From contig JAILDU010000093.1 in the NCBI GenBank assembly GCA_024689005.1, positions 649 to 64,648 on the forward strand: a stretch of DNA of 64,000 bases, read 5' to 3'. The DNA comes from Paludibacteraceae bacterium. Its GTDB lineage: Bacteria; Bacteroidota; Bacteroidia; Bacteroidales; Paludibacteraceae. The number at the start of each line of letters is the position of its first letter. Positions within the stretch are counted from its first letter, which is position 1. The notes beneath the pieces are model-generated. The model ran no database searches. It had not been told where the DNA came from and saw nothing but the letters and a program-made list of their open reading frames with translations. Shown piece after piece: positions 48,778 through 60,946 of the stretch. Position numbers and translations under genes: made by a program.

Positions 48778-50127
48778 CTATTGATTATCAATTCCGTTTA
48801 GTATCCAATCGGCAACGGCGTTGCCTGCCTTTCGTGCGCCGGAACGTTGAAAATGCACTCCGTCGCTTCCGGCCAGCCCTATCTCTTGCCAGCGTATCAT
48901 ACTGCCGGCTCCTCCCATCCATCGGAAGAGACTGAAATAGGCTATTTCTTCCTCTTGTGCCATCTTGCGAAGCAGGCGGTCCATGTATGGCACTAACGGA
49001 TAGGTGGTCAGTTCGCCGTCTATGGTTGTCAGCATATCGCTCGGGCCGATGAAGAGAATAGAAGCGTCCGGCGCACATCGTTTCAGGTAGCGTACTTGTT
49101 CGCGCAGTCCCTTGACAATGCTATATATTGTGCTTGGTTTTTCGTTTGAAGGAATGGCATTGCCGCCGAATTGCATGATTATTAGAGATACGTTAGCATC
49201 ATTGTAGAATTGTGTCAACTGCTCAGCATCCATGCGGGTAAAGACTAATCCCAAACAACCGCGCATAGCTATATTATCCACGATAATACCGGTGGACGAT
49301 TCTTGTGATAGCCCATATACATTGCCCTTGCCATAGAGGTAGAGTGTATCTCCGTTGTGCATGTATTCAATGGACTTATCTGCCAACACGCGCCAGCGCG
49401 TATAGCGCGCACGTCCATCTATAGGTGTGCAGACTGTTTTGATTTTTTCGCTGCCTTTGACCAGACTGTCTGCCATCACAGCCATCTGGCCCATCGGACC
49501 ATATTTGCCGTCTGTGCGCTGCATACTTCTCAATCCGTAAACCATATATCGTTTGGGACCTTGTTGAGCCGTTACCAGATGATCGTTCATATATACTTTC
49601 TGATCAACGCTGAGGCTGCGTATCGTTTGTACCAACGGCATCAGTCCGACACCTGCACCACCGAAACGGTCTTGCAGTTTATGACGTATTTGTGCCGTCA
49701 TTCTATCTTCTTCTATTTGGCTGTCTCCATAGTGCAGCACGCGAATCTGACGATTGTCTGCATGTTGCAGCGCTGCGTAGAATGTAGCGAGATATCGGCG
49801 ACTGTCGTCAGTTGTATCTACTTGCACTACGGGAGGAGTTATGCGTTGAGTCTGCTGTGCCGGTGTTGTTGCTGCTTCTTCAACACTATCGTTGTTGGTT
49901 TCACTTGCTGTTTCCTCTAATTCGGGAAATTCCGGAAGCTCAAGAATAGTATTTTCTTCCTTTTCGGCGAGTTCTGCTTCCTGTTGCTTTATGTCGAACA
50001 CATCTGCTAAGGAAGGACTGCGCAACGTGCGAGTCCCCACCACAACTTGGTGAGGCAACGTTACGCATAGAGCCCCCAGACAGAGCATACAACACGCAAT
50101 GAAAAAGAATATTCTATATGGCCGCAT
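48778..50127 (-). CDS. SGNH/GDSL-type hydrolase or acyltransferase partner of the MBOAT protein
   Basis: Signal or anchor N-terminus, then SGNH blocks YGDSQ, QFGGNA and SDGVH. Confidence 0.62.
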   Translation of the reverse strand: MRPYRIFFFIACCMLCLGALCVTLPHQVVVGTRTLRSPSLADVFDIKQQEAELAEKEENTILELPEFPELEETASETNNDSVEEAATTPAQQTQRITPPVVQVDTTDDSRRYLATFYAALQHADNRQIRVLHYGDSQIEEDRMTAQIRHKLQDRFGGAGVGLMPLVQTIRSLSVDQKVYMNDHLVTAQQGPKRYMVYGLRSMQRTDGKYGPMGQMAVMADSLVKGSEKIKTVCTPIDGRARYTRWRVLADKSIEYMHNGDTLYLYGKGNVYGLSQESSTGIIVDNIAMRGCLGLVFTRMDAEQLTQFYNDANVSLIIMQFGGNAIPSNEKPSTIYSIVKGLREQVRYLKRCAPDASILFIGPSDMLTTIDGELTTYPLVPYMDRLLRKMAQEEEIAYFSLFRWMGGAGSMIRWQEIGLAGSDGVHFQRSGARKAGNAVADWILNGIDNQ

Positions 50128-50130
50128 AAC

Positions 50131-51630
50131 TTATTTCTTCCAAAGTGCTTTGCTGAATAATAACAATACGGTGAATATTTCCAAACGACCTATCAACATA
50201 ACGACTGTAGAAGTCCATTTGGCTACAGTCGGATAGGCAGCATATGTACCTGACGGGCCAAATTGTCCAATTGAAACACCCACGTTGCCTATTGCTGATA
50301 CTGCAGTGCCGACTGCTTCATCAAATTCCACTCCTGAACCGCATATAATCAGTACTGCCACTACTATAATCGTGATGTAAAAGAACATGAAGGCCATTAC
50401 GTTACTGGTGGTCTGCTCTGTCACAGAACGTCCGTTGAAACGTACCGGAATGACTGCATTCGGGTGTATACGGCGCTTGATTTCTGCTAAAGCAGATTTG
50501 GCAAAGATGCCTATTCTTACCCACTTGATACCTCCCGAGGTAGAACCGGACGAGGCGCCGGTGAACATTAGGAAAAATACAAACACCCACAGCAGTTTTG
50601 GCCATTCCATGTAATCGCTGGCTGCAAAACCCGTACTCGTCATGGCTGAACATGTCATGAAAAATCCTTTGCGCAATGCACGCTCTATGGTTGCGACTAT
50701 ATTTCCAATTCCTTTTATATTGCTGATGTCGTGTTCTATTCCGTAGTGTACGAATAGGCCGATAGCAAGGAATATTGTAGCTACGCAAATAGCTCCGGCA
50801 TACCACCGTGTCTCCTCATCGCTAAATATGCGTTTGGGCTTGCCGCGGAATAGGTATATTAATTGTGTAAAGTTGATACCCGACAGGAACATGAAGATAG
50901 CAATCGTCCATTGGATGGCAGCATTGTCGCTGATAATACTGTCATTACGAGTGGAGAAGCCTCCTGTAGAGATAGTGCTAAGCGAATGGCATATAGAATC
51001 GAACATGCCCATTCCTTCCAGGTTTAGCAAGGCTGTTTCTGTAATGGTCAGTACAATATACGTGAGCCACATATGCTTGGCTGTGTCTGCTATACGCGGA
51101 CTCAGTTTCTCATAACTGACGCCGGTCACCTCGGCGCTATATAACTGCATACCGCCCAAACCGAAGAGCGGCAGAATAGCTACACTCAGTACGATGATAC
51201 CCATACCTCCTATCCATTGCATTAGCGCGCGCCATAACAGGATAGAATGTGTCACACGGGTAACATCATCAATAACCGTTGCACCTGTTGTTGTAAACCC
51301 TGCCATGGTCTCAAACCATGCGTCCACCAGGTCCGGTAGCGCACCGCTCAACCAGAACGGCAGCATGCCGAAGATAGAATAGACAACCCATACCGATGCA
51401 ACAATGACATATCCTTCTCTTTCGCCCACGCGTTTCTCTGCATGACGGCTCGCTAACAAAAACCACAGGCTTGAGCATCCTGTGATGAGTGCCGAAACAA
51501 TCCACACACCGAGATCCGGCTCGCGGTACCACCACGCAGCCAAAGTAGGAACCAGCATGAATAGTGCCTCCAGCGTGGTCAGCACGCCCATTGTCTTGAA
51601 GACCAACCGCCAATTGAATGTTCGTGTCAT
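50131..51630 (-). CDS. trkH: TrkH-family potassium uptake protein
   Basis: Polytopic 499-aa protein with TrkH-like repeated M1-P-M2 motifs (...TTTGATV..., ...STGGFS..., ...TSTGF...). Confidence 0.9.
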   Translation of the reverse strand: MTRTFNWRLVFKTMGVLTTLEALFMLVPTLAAWWYREPDLGVWIVSALITGCSSLWFLLASRHAEKRVGEREGYVIVASVWVVYSIFGMLPFWLSGALPDLVDAWFETMAGFTTTGATVIDDVTRVTHSILLWRALMQWIGGMGIIVLSVAILPLFGLGGMQLYSAEVTGVSYEKLSPRIADTAKHMWLTYIVLTITETALLNLEGMGMFDSICHSLSTISTGGFSTRNDSIISDNAAIQWTIAIFMFLSGINFTQLIYLFRGKPKRIFSDEETRWYAGAICVATIFLAIGLFVHYGIEHDISNIKGIGNIVATIERALRKGFFMTCSAMTSTGFAASDYMEWPKLLWVFVFFLMFTGASSGSTSGGIKWVRIGIFAKSALAEIKRRIHPNAVIPVRFNGRSVTEQTTSNVMAFMFFYITIIVVAVLIICGSGVEFDEAVGTAVSAIGNVGVSIGQFGPSGTYAAYPTVAKWTSTVVMLIGRLEIFTVLLLFSKALWKK

Positions 51631-52961
51631 TTGAAGAATCGCTCTAAGTTACGTATAACGTGGCTTTTGCAGAATACAACTACCAGGTCGCCTGCTATTA
51701 TCTGCGTTTCGCCGTTAACCAATACTCCTTCTCCCGCGCGCACTATGCCTCCTATGTTGGCTTCATCCGGCAGATCCAAGTCACGCACTTTATGACGCGT
51801 GATCGGGCTGTTTTCTTTGGCATAGAACTCCACAATCTCGGCATCTGCGCTTGTCAGGTTGTGTACGCCGCGTACGCTGGCATCCAAGAGCATTTGGTAA
51901 ATATAGCTTGCGGCAATCGTTTTCTTGTTGAGCACAGTGCCTATATCCAGTCCTTCGGCCATAGGGATATAATCCAAGTTCTCCACCTCAGCGATGGTCT
52001 TGTGTACGCCAAATCGTTTGGCTGCCAGGCAAGCAAAGATGTTAGCTTCGCTGCTTTCTGTTACGGCAACAAAAGCGTCAGCGTCCTGAATCCCTTCCTC
52101 TTTCAGTACGTCCATGTCGCTACCATCTGCGTTGATAATCAATGCATTTGGTACTTTCTCGCTTAGCGTGCGGCACAGGTCGCGGTCGCGTTCTATTATC
52201 TTGATATTCTTGCCTCCCGCCATTTCTGTTGCTGCTTTGCGGGCAATACGTCCGCCGCCGAAGAAGATGACGTTGTTAATTTCGCGTTTCGATTTGCCGA
52301 GTTCTTCACGCAGGAATTCCATATCTTCCTTGGTACAAACGCAATAGACCATATCGCCGTCTTGTACGGTGTCTTGACCGCGCGGAATGAGCGTCTCCTG
52401 ATCACGTTTGATGGCCACGATACGATACTTGCCGTGGTTGTACAGGCCGGAAGAGAATGGTTGTCCTATTACCTTAGCGCCGTTGCGCACTTTCACTACG
52501 CATAGTTCCAGTGCACCTTGACTCAACTGCAAGTGATAACGCATCCAGTTGGTTTGCAGACTTTCTTCAATCTCGTTGGCAGCCAGCACTTCCGGATAAA
52601 TCAGGTGGTTAAGACCCATTCCTTCAAAGAACTTGCGGTTCTCCGGTAACAGGTACTCGTAGTTGTCGATACGCGCCAGTGTGCGCTTAGCACCCATCTG
52701 ATTGGCTATCAGACACGCAGTCATGTTCTCAGCCTCGTAAGGTGTGACGGAGATGAACAGATCGGCATCCTTGACACCGATATCTTTTAGGTCGTGAATG
52801 GATGTCGGGTTGCCTACGCGTGTGAGCAAATCGTAGTTGGCGCTCAGGTCACCCAAGCGTTCCGGTTGCTCATCCAGCAGACTAATCTCCATATCCTCGC
52901 GGCTCAGTAGTTTGGCCAAGTGTGTGCCTACTTCCCCTGCACCTGCAATAACGATTCGCAT
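51627..52961 (-). CDS. trkA: Trk system potassium uptake protein TrkA
   Basis: Two RCK/NAD-binding halves (MRIVIAGAGEVG; VIFFGGGRIA), 444 aa. Confidence 0.92.
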   Translation of the reverse strand: MRIVIAGAGEVGTHLAKLLSREDMEISLLDEQPERLGDLSANYDLLTRVGNPTSIHDLKDIGVKDADLFISVTPYEAENMTACLIANQMGAKRTLARIDNYEYLLPENRKFFEGMGLNHLIYPEVLAANEIEESLQTNWMRYHLQLSQGALELCVVKVRNGAKVIGQPFSSGLYNHGKYRIVAIKRDQETLIPRGQDTVQDGDMVYCVCTKEDMEFLREELGKSKREINNVIFFGGGRIARKAATEMAGGKNIKIIERDRDLCRTLSEKVPNALIINADGSDMDVLKEEGIQDADAFVAVTESSEANIFACLAAKRFGVHKTIAEVENLDYIPMAEGLDIGTVLNKKTIAASYIYQMLLDASVRGVHNLTSADAEIVEFYAKENSPITRHKVRDLDLPDEANIGGIVRAGEGVLVNGETQIIAGDLVVVFCKSHVIRNLERFFK

Positions 52962-54843
52962 AAGCCTTCTTTATCAAGTTTTAACATATGATACAATTCT
53001 CTTGTGCTACCGTGTTCAACGAATTGGTCGTTGATACCCAGTCTGATGACGCGTGGCGTATAGCCGTGATCGGCCATCCACTCTAAGACTGCGCTTCCCA
53101 GACCTCCGGCTATCATGCCGTCTTCGGCTGTCACTATTGTGCGGTATTTCTTGCCCACCTCATGCAGTATATCTTCGTCCATCGGTTTGAGCCAGCGCAT
53201 ATCGTAGTGCGCAAAGGTTGCTCCTTGATCCACGGAAGCGATAGCTTCGCTCATCGTGTTGCCTATACTACCGATGGTGAGGACCGCTACGTCGTTGCCG
53301 TTGCGCAACTTGATACCTTTGCCGTATCGGAGAGGCTCCGAAGCCGGACCTCCTTGCGGCGTGCGGCCGCGTGGGTAGCGGATGGCCACCGGTCCGTCCA
53401 GTGTCTCGGCCATGATCATCATCTCGCGCAAGTCTTCGCCCGTTCGCGGAGCGCATATCTGCATATTGGGGATGGGTCGGAGGTACGTCAAATCCAACAG
53501 TCCATGGTGAGTGGCACCGTCATTACCGACTATGCCCGCCCTATCTATGCAGAGTACGACATGCAGGTTCTGCAATGCTACGTCATGTACTATATTGTCG
53601 TACGCGCGTTGTAAGAAGGTGGAATAGACGTTGCAATAGGGCAGCATGCCGGCCTTGGCCAGACCTGCACTGAAGGTTACAGCGTGTCCTTCTGCTATAC
53701 CCACATCAAAAACGCGGTCCGGTAACTCTTTCTGCATGATAGACATGGAACAGCCCGACGGCATCGCCGGAGTGATACCGACTATCTTCTCATTCTTCTT
53801 CGCCAGGTCCAGCAATGTCTCGCCGAACACTTCTTGCCACAACGGCGGCACGGCATTTGTTCCTTGTTGCTTGTTGCTCTGTACATCAGCTGAGCGCAAT
53901 CCGGTCTCTACGTTGAACTCGCCGGGTGCATGCCACACCGTTTGATCATTCTCTGCCGGCGCATATCCTTTACCTTTCTTGGTGATGATATGCAGCACTT
54001 TCGGTCCGCGGTGGTTCTTTATCTCGCTGAGAATACGAACCAGTCCTTCCACATCGTGTCCGTCCGTCGGGCCGAAATAGCGGATATTGAGTCCGGTGAA
54101 TATATTGCTCTGCTGACGCGATAATACGGCTTTCAGGTTGTTGTTGCGGCGCAACATGCGTGCTTTCTTGCGGTCGTCTATCAGACGTAACATCACCGCT
54201 GCGCGGTAGAGGTTCCATCGCACGCGGTTATAGGATGCGCTGGTCGTAATATCCACCAGATACTGCGTTATGCCGCCTTTCAACGGATCGATAGCCATGT
54301 GATTGTCGTTGAGCACTATCAGCAGGTTGTTCTTGTCCATCGAGGTGTTGTTCAGACCCTCAAAGGCCAAACCGCCTGTCATGGCTCCATCGCCGATGAT
54401 GGCCACCACGTTCCTCGCCGTTTTGTCGTCGGCTGCATGCATCTTGGAGTTGGCTATGTCTATACCCAACGCTGCGGAAATGCTATTGCTGGCATGTCCG
54501 GCTATGAAGGCGTCATATTCGCTCTCGGCGGGATTGGTGAACGGGCTGAGGCCTTTGAACTGACGGTTGGTGTTGAATCGGTCGCGACGTCCGGTCAATA
54601 TCTTGTGCGCATAAGCCTGGTGTCCCACATCCCAAACCAGTTTGTCTTCCGGTGTGTCAAAGACGTAGTGCAAGGCCACGGTCAGCTCAATAGCTCCGAG
54701 TGACGAAGCCAGGTGACCGGGGTTCTTGCTCAGTGCTTCGATGATGAACTGTCGCAGTTCAGCACAAACGGCCGGCAACTCCTCAATCGACAAGCGCTTG
54801 AGATCCTTAGGCGAATCAATATGATTGATATACTTATACTCCA

Positions 54844-54844
<1 letters not shown>
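52928..54844 (-). CDS. dxs: 1-deoxy-D-xylulose-5-phosphate synthase
   Basis: GHLASSLG, VWDVGHQAYAHK, IGDGAMTGG, 638 aa. Confidence 0.97.
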
Positions 54845-57477
<2,633 letters not shown>

Positions 57478-57564
57478 ATATTATTTTTTATTTTGTGCCT
57501 TGTAAATAATCCTTATTTACGCTCTTCTGCTCTTGGCAAGATGAACTGAAAGGAAAAAATCGCG

Positions 57565-57596
57565 CAAAGGTACAACATTTTTTTTGAATATGCAAA
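57565..57596 (-). promoter_or_regulatory. Bacteroidota -33/-7 promoter upstream of valS
   Basis: On the minus strand: TTTG (57596-57593), a 20-nt spacer with an A8 tract, then TACCTTTG (57572-57565) followed by CGCGA. Confidence 0.75.
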
Positions 57597-57705
57597 TTAT
57601 TACTGCGCTTTTTGTCTTAAATTAACTTATCGGCGTATTCCTACTATACAAAAAACGGACTCCCAAACACTGTTGAGAGCCCGAATATAATCGTCAGGAT
57701 AAATA

Positions 57706-58482
57706 TTATTCCATGCTGATTACAGTCACTTCTGCGATTGTTCTTCCTCCCTCGCGAAGATGCAGCTTCTGGCCGATGAATGATACAAGTCCGCAATAGG
57801 CTTGCTTAATTTCAATAGTAGCATTGTAGCATGTATCGCCCGGCATCAACAAGTCTGTTACCTCATTCTTACTATTAGTTCCAAGGGATGTCACTTCCGA
57901 AAGAATATCAGTTTTTCCGTTGTTGAGCATCGGTTTATAACCGGCGAAGAAAGGTGTGTGAGTTCCGCCTTCTTCCTTGGTAAATTTATGTATGTCGCAA
58001 AAGAACTTGTGCGCTTTGAAGTACGGAGAATTCTCTGCTGCCACAATGGCTCCGCCTCTCTGACCTGTCAGTTTTTCCTTGACTGAAGTGCTAACAAGGA
58101 ATCCGAGTCGGTTGACTGTGTCCATTTCTGCCGTAGATTGATAGGTCTTTTTGCCTCTCTGAAGGCCTTTGATGGTGTCGCAGAATGAAGCCAGCGTGTC
58201 GGACACAGGGATGAAACGAATGACGTCGCCCACGCTGAGAGTGGTATTGCTGAGCAAAGTGTCGCATGTGACTATTGTTCCTCTGCCTGTGAGTTGCAAT
58301 ATGTCGTCTATGTAGGCCAATATGTCGTTACTCTTGGCAAAAGTGATGCTATCTACCATCTCAAAAGCTTTCTGTTCTACAATGTGGCCGTTCTTCCAGA
58401 TCTTCATGATTCGTGTCTGTTCCTGGGCCATAGCACTTGTTGCTACTATGGCAGCAAGTGCAAAAAGTATAATCTTTTTCAT
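57706..58482 (-). CDS. Secreted protein homologous to EF-Tu domains II and III (no G domain)
   Basis: Signal peptide MKKIILFALAAIVATSAMA. Colinear EF-Tu matches are GRGTIVT, VGDVIRF, KEEGGTHTPFFAGYKP, LLMPGD and LREGGRTIAEVTV. Confidence 0.7.
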   Translation of the reverse strand: MKKIILFALAAIVATSAMAQEQTRIMKIWKNGHIVEQKAFEMVDSITFAKSNDILAYIDDILQLTGRGTIVTCDTLLSNTTLSVGDVIRFIPVSDTLASFCDTIKGLQRGKKTYQSTAEMDTVNRLGFLVSTSVKEKLTGQRGGAIVAAENSPYFKAHKFFCDIHKFTKEEGGTHTPFFAGYKPMLNNGKTDILSEVTSLGTNSKNEVTDLLMPGDTCYNATIEIKQAYCGLVSFIGQKLHLREGGRTIAEVTVISME

Positions 58483-58522
58483 ATTCTTTAATTCTTTAAT
58501 TCTTTCATTCGTTCACTCTTTA

Positions 58523-59011
58523 TCATTTCTTGATAAATTTGACTATTTCTGCTCCGACTTGCAGCAGGTAATCGCCGCTATTTAGGCCGGACACGTTGAT
58601 TACGGCGTTGCCGTCAGATGTGCGGCTTGCTGAGATCAGCTGGCCGTTCAGGCTGTAGATGCGAATCGTTTGATCCCCGTCCATCCCTTCTACCGTGATG
58701 ATGTCTGCCGTTGGATTCGGGTAAACATAAATACCGGTTTTTACGTTGTCAATGGCCTCATCCTCAGGAGGAGTAGGCGGAACGCGGTTAGCAAAAAAGA
58801 TTTTGCGAATCTGGTCGGCAGGGGTGCTTCCGAGTTCGTTGCCCGAAACATCGTAGAGTACCACGTTCTTTCCGTGAAACTCCAGATGCCCGATCGTGCT
58901 CAACGCCGTCGCTTGCTCAGAGCCTTCTATAGGAAGGATGATCAGGCACTTCTCTGCCATCACCATTACTGCACACAGCAGCATGGGGAGAATTGAGAAA
59001 AATTTTTTCAT
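58523..59011 (-). CDS. Small secreted protein with a T9SS (Por) C-terminal sorting domain
   Basis: Signal peptide, a PPTPPEDE linker, then a type-A CTD pattern (IYVYPNPTADIITVEG...IRIYSLNGQLI...LNSGDYLLQV...KFIKK). Confidence 0.7.
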   Translation of the reverse strand: MKKFFSILPMLLCAVMVMAEKCLIILPIEGSEQATALSTIGHLEFHGKNVVLYDVSGNELGSTPADQIRKIFFANRVPPTPPEDEAIDNVKTGIYVYPNPTADIITVEGMDGDQTIRIYSLNGQLISASRTSDGNAVINVSGLNSGDYLLQVGAEIVKFIKK

Positions 59012-59223
59012 AAATAATAATTTTTTGTTACCATATGTTTCGTTTTGTTACGAATAATGCATAACTATTGTTGCACTTGGTATCTGTACCGAGCGCGTAC
59101 CGCAATTAGGACGAGTTGTGTTAATAGATTGATTGTTAGTAATTTAGTGTTTATCTCAGTATCTCTCATAACACCCGTTATCATACTACCTTCCGCTAAT
59201 TTACTGCAATAATCTGATATATG

Positions 59224-59256
59224 CAAATATACCGACACTTTTTTTTGTCACGCAAT
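59224..59256 (-). promoter_or_regulatory. Candidate -33/-7 promoter for the T9SS-CTD / EF-Tu-like gene pair
   Basis: On the minus strand: ATTG, a 21-nt spacer with an A8 tract, then TATATTTG (59231-59224). The -33 element and the spacer length are slightly off consensus. Confidence 0.45.
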
Positions 59257-59321
59257 ACCGCAAATCTTAAAAATCGTATATTTTTCAACATGTTTTGCAA
59301 GTCCTCATTTTTATCTGTCTT

Positions 59322-59354
59322 TCGTCGGTATCTCGTCGGTATCTCGTCGGTATC
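59322..59354. repeat. Three perfect tandem 11-bp units (TCGTCGGTATC)
   Basis: tcgtcggtatc occurs three times, contiguous, with degenerate flanks. Confidence 0.9.
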
Positions 59355-59413
59355 TTCTCAGCCTCTTTTTTCGTTTTTTTTAACGAGTATATTTGATAAA
59401 TCAAATAGAATAT

Positions 59414-59490
59414 TTTTCGGACCCGTTTTCCGCGCATTTCGGTATTGAGGTTTTATCGAGGTTTTGACGGGTTTTATTGAGCTTATTTCC
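59414..59490. repeat. Degenerate 11-bp-register array with phased T-tracts (GAGGTTTTATC family)
   Basis: The core units are gaggttttatc, gaggttttgac, gggttttattg. TTT(T) tracts recur at about 10-14 bp intervals from 59414 to 59488. Confidence 0.7.
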
Positions 59491-59622
59491 TATGCAAATC
59501 GCAGATGTTCTTCTTCCGAAAAATCTTAAAATTTTGCACTTATCAATAATCAATTGTCAAGATTTTTGTCTATCGAAAATAATCGGTCGGCAAAGCGAGA
59601 TAAGAATTATTTACTATCAAAA

Positions 59623-59654
59623 TTTGCATATGTCGAAAAATAGTATTACCTTTG
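59623..59654 (+). promoter_or_regulatory. Bacteroidota -33/-7 promoter upstream of the small Pmp3-like ORF and the 327-aa secreted protein gene
   Basis: TTTG (59623-59626), a 20-nt spacer, then TACCTTTG (59647-59654). Confidence 0.7.
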
Positions 59655-59727
59655 CTGCGTTTTTGTAAATTATCAATCAACATCCGCTTAACGAAAAACT
59701 ATCAATTATCAACTATCAATTATCCTC

Positions 59728-59886
59728 GTGTCTTTCCTTCGTGTTATATTAGCTGTTTTCTTTCCGCCGCTGGCGGTTATTGACCGTGGCTGCGGTTCGG
59801 TTCTTATCGTTTTTCTCCTGACTTTGTGCGGCTGGGTGCCCGGGGCCATCAGCGCCCTCGTCATCCTTAATAATAATAATAACTAA
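59728..59886 (+). CDS. YqaE/Pmp3-family small hydrophobic membrane protein (52 aa, GTG start; absent from the ORF track)
   Basis: The hand translation is VSFLRVILAVFFPPLAVIDRGCGSVLIVFLLTLCGWVPGAISALVILNNNNN*. The FPPLAV...LLTL.GW.PG...AL pattern matches the Pmp3/UPF0057 family. The start codon is uncertain. Confidence 0.65.
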   Translation: MSFLRVILAVFFPPLAVIDRGCGSVLIVFLLTLCGWVPGAISALVILNNNNN

Positions 59887-59901
59887 AAAACAACAACTCT
59901 T

Positions 59902-60885
59902 ATGAAAAAATTCTACTTCCTGTGCGCTCTTTGCGCTGCTGTTCTTACTGCCAATGCCACCGAGGGTGCGCTCAGCGGATTGTTCTCCGTCAACGAAGAT
60001 GGCAAGCAGATTCAGTTCTCTCAAGGCAATCTGCAGTACCACTGTACTAACCATGTCTGGCAGTTTGCTGAGCATCAGTACGATATCATCGATAGTGTCT
60101 CCAATTCGTCCATATCCGATACCTACAATGGTTGGGTCGATCTCTTCGGTTGGGGCACCGGCGACGATCCTACTTCGAGACAGCGGAAAAACTCGTTCAC
60201 CGACTGGGGAATAAATGCCATCAGCAATGGTGGAAACTTGCCTAATACATGGCGTACTCTGACCTCGGATGAATGGAATTACCTGTTGGTCGAGCGAACA
60301 GATGCTGCAGTCCTTTTTACGCTGGGAACCGTGAATAATGTGCCCGGTCTTATCCTGCTGCCGGATAATTGGGAGGAACCGGACGGAGTGGCTCTTACTA
60401 TCAGTAATGAAGAGGGATTGGCTTATGTCCCAAACTATGCTACCTATCGGGATATGGACGAGACTAACGACCACTATACGGACAATATCTTAACCACCAC
60501 AGAGTGGGCAGCTGTGGAAGCAGCCGGTGCAGTTTTCCTTCCTACTAATCCTTATCGCGTAGAAAATAATACCCAAGCAGGTTCTTTTGATGATTATAGA
60601 ACTGCAGGCGGTTATTGGACAAGTACAGGTAAACAACCTCATATATACGGAACGGCCTATAATTTCTTGTTCTCTCCGACAGAAGTGTGGCCCGCTGAGT
60701 CAATCAACGCGTCAGAGAATGGTTTCGCTGTCCGTATGGTTTATTGCCCTGAATGTGCTGCTACTACGGCTATCTACCAAGTCGAAGATGCTCTGCCGTC
60801 TAATCGTAAATGCATCAAAGACGGTCAACTACTCATTTATCATAACGGCCAAACCTTCACCGCCCAGGGTTCCCAACTGCGATAG
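59902..60885 (+). CDS. Secreted protein with DUF1566/FISUMP-like motifs and a C-terminal 'NGQL-type' tail
   Basis: Signal peptide MKKFYFLCALCAAVLTANA. Motifs present are FSQGNLQY, DLFGWGTG, WRTLTSDEWNYLL, AVFLPT and GGYWTST. The C-terminus is KCIKDGQLLIYHNGQTFTAQGSQLR. Confidence 0.5.
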   Translation: MKKFYFLCALCAAVLTANATEGALSGLFSVNEDGKQIQFSQGNLQYHCTNHVWQFAEHQYDIIDSVSNSSISDTYNGWVDLFGWGTGDDPTSRQRKNSFTDWGINAISNGGNLPNTWRTLTSDEWNYLLVERTDAAVLFTLGTVNNVPGLILLPDNWEEPDGVALTISNEEGLAYVPNYATYRDMDETNDHYTDNILTTTEWAAVEAAGAVFLPTNPYRVENNTQAGSFDDYRTAGGYWTSTGKQPHIYGTAYNFLFSPTEVWPAESINASENGFAVRMVYCPECAATTAIYQVEDALPSNRKCIKDGQLLIYHNGQTFTAQGSQLR

Positions 60886-60946
60886 AGTGTGGCCTCTCCC
60901 TTATCGAGAGAATATTGGGGCGTTTCCGTGTCGCTCTCGAGTGACT

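Noticed and set aside
57655-57692. Possible terminator hairpin downstream of the EF-Tu-like gene (cggactccc...gagagcccg next to an A6/T6 run).
   Set aside because: The stem has two mismatches in 9 bp, so it is too weak to call from sequence alone.
59221-59668. ORF-track ORFs of 75 aa and 63 aa in the large intergenic region.
   Set aside because: They are F/S/L/R-rich translations of repeat and promoter DNA. They overlap the promoter boxes and the 11-bp arrays and have no family resemblance.
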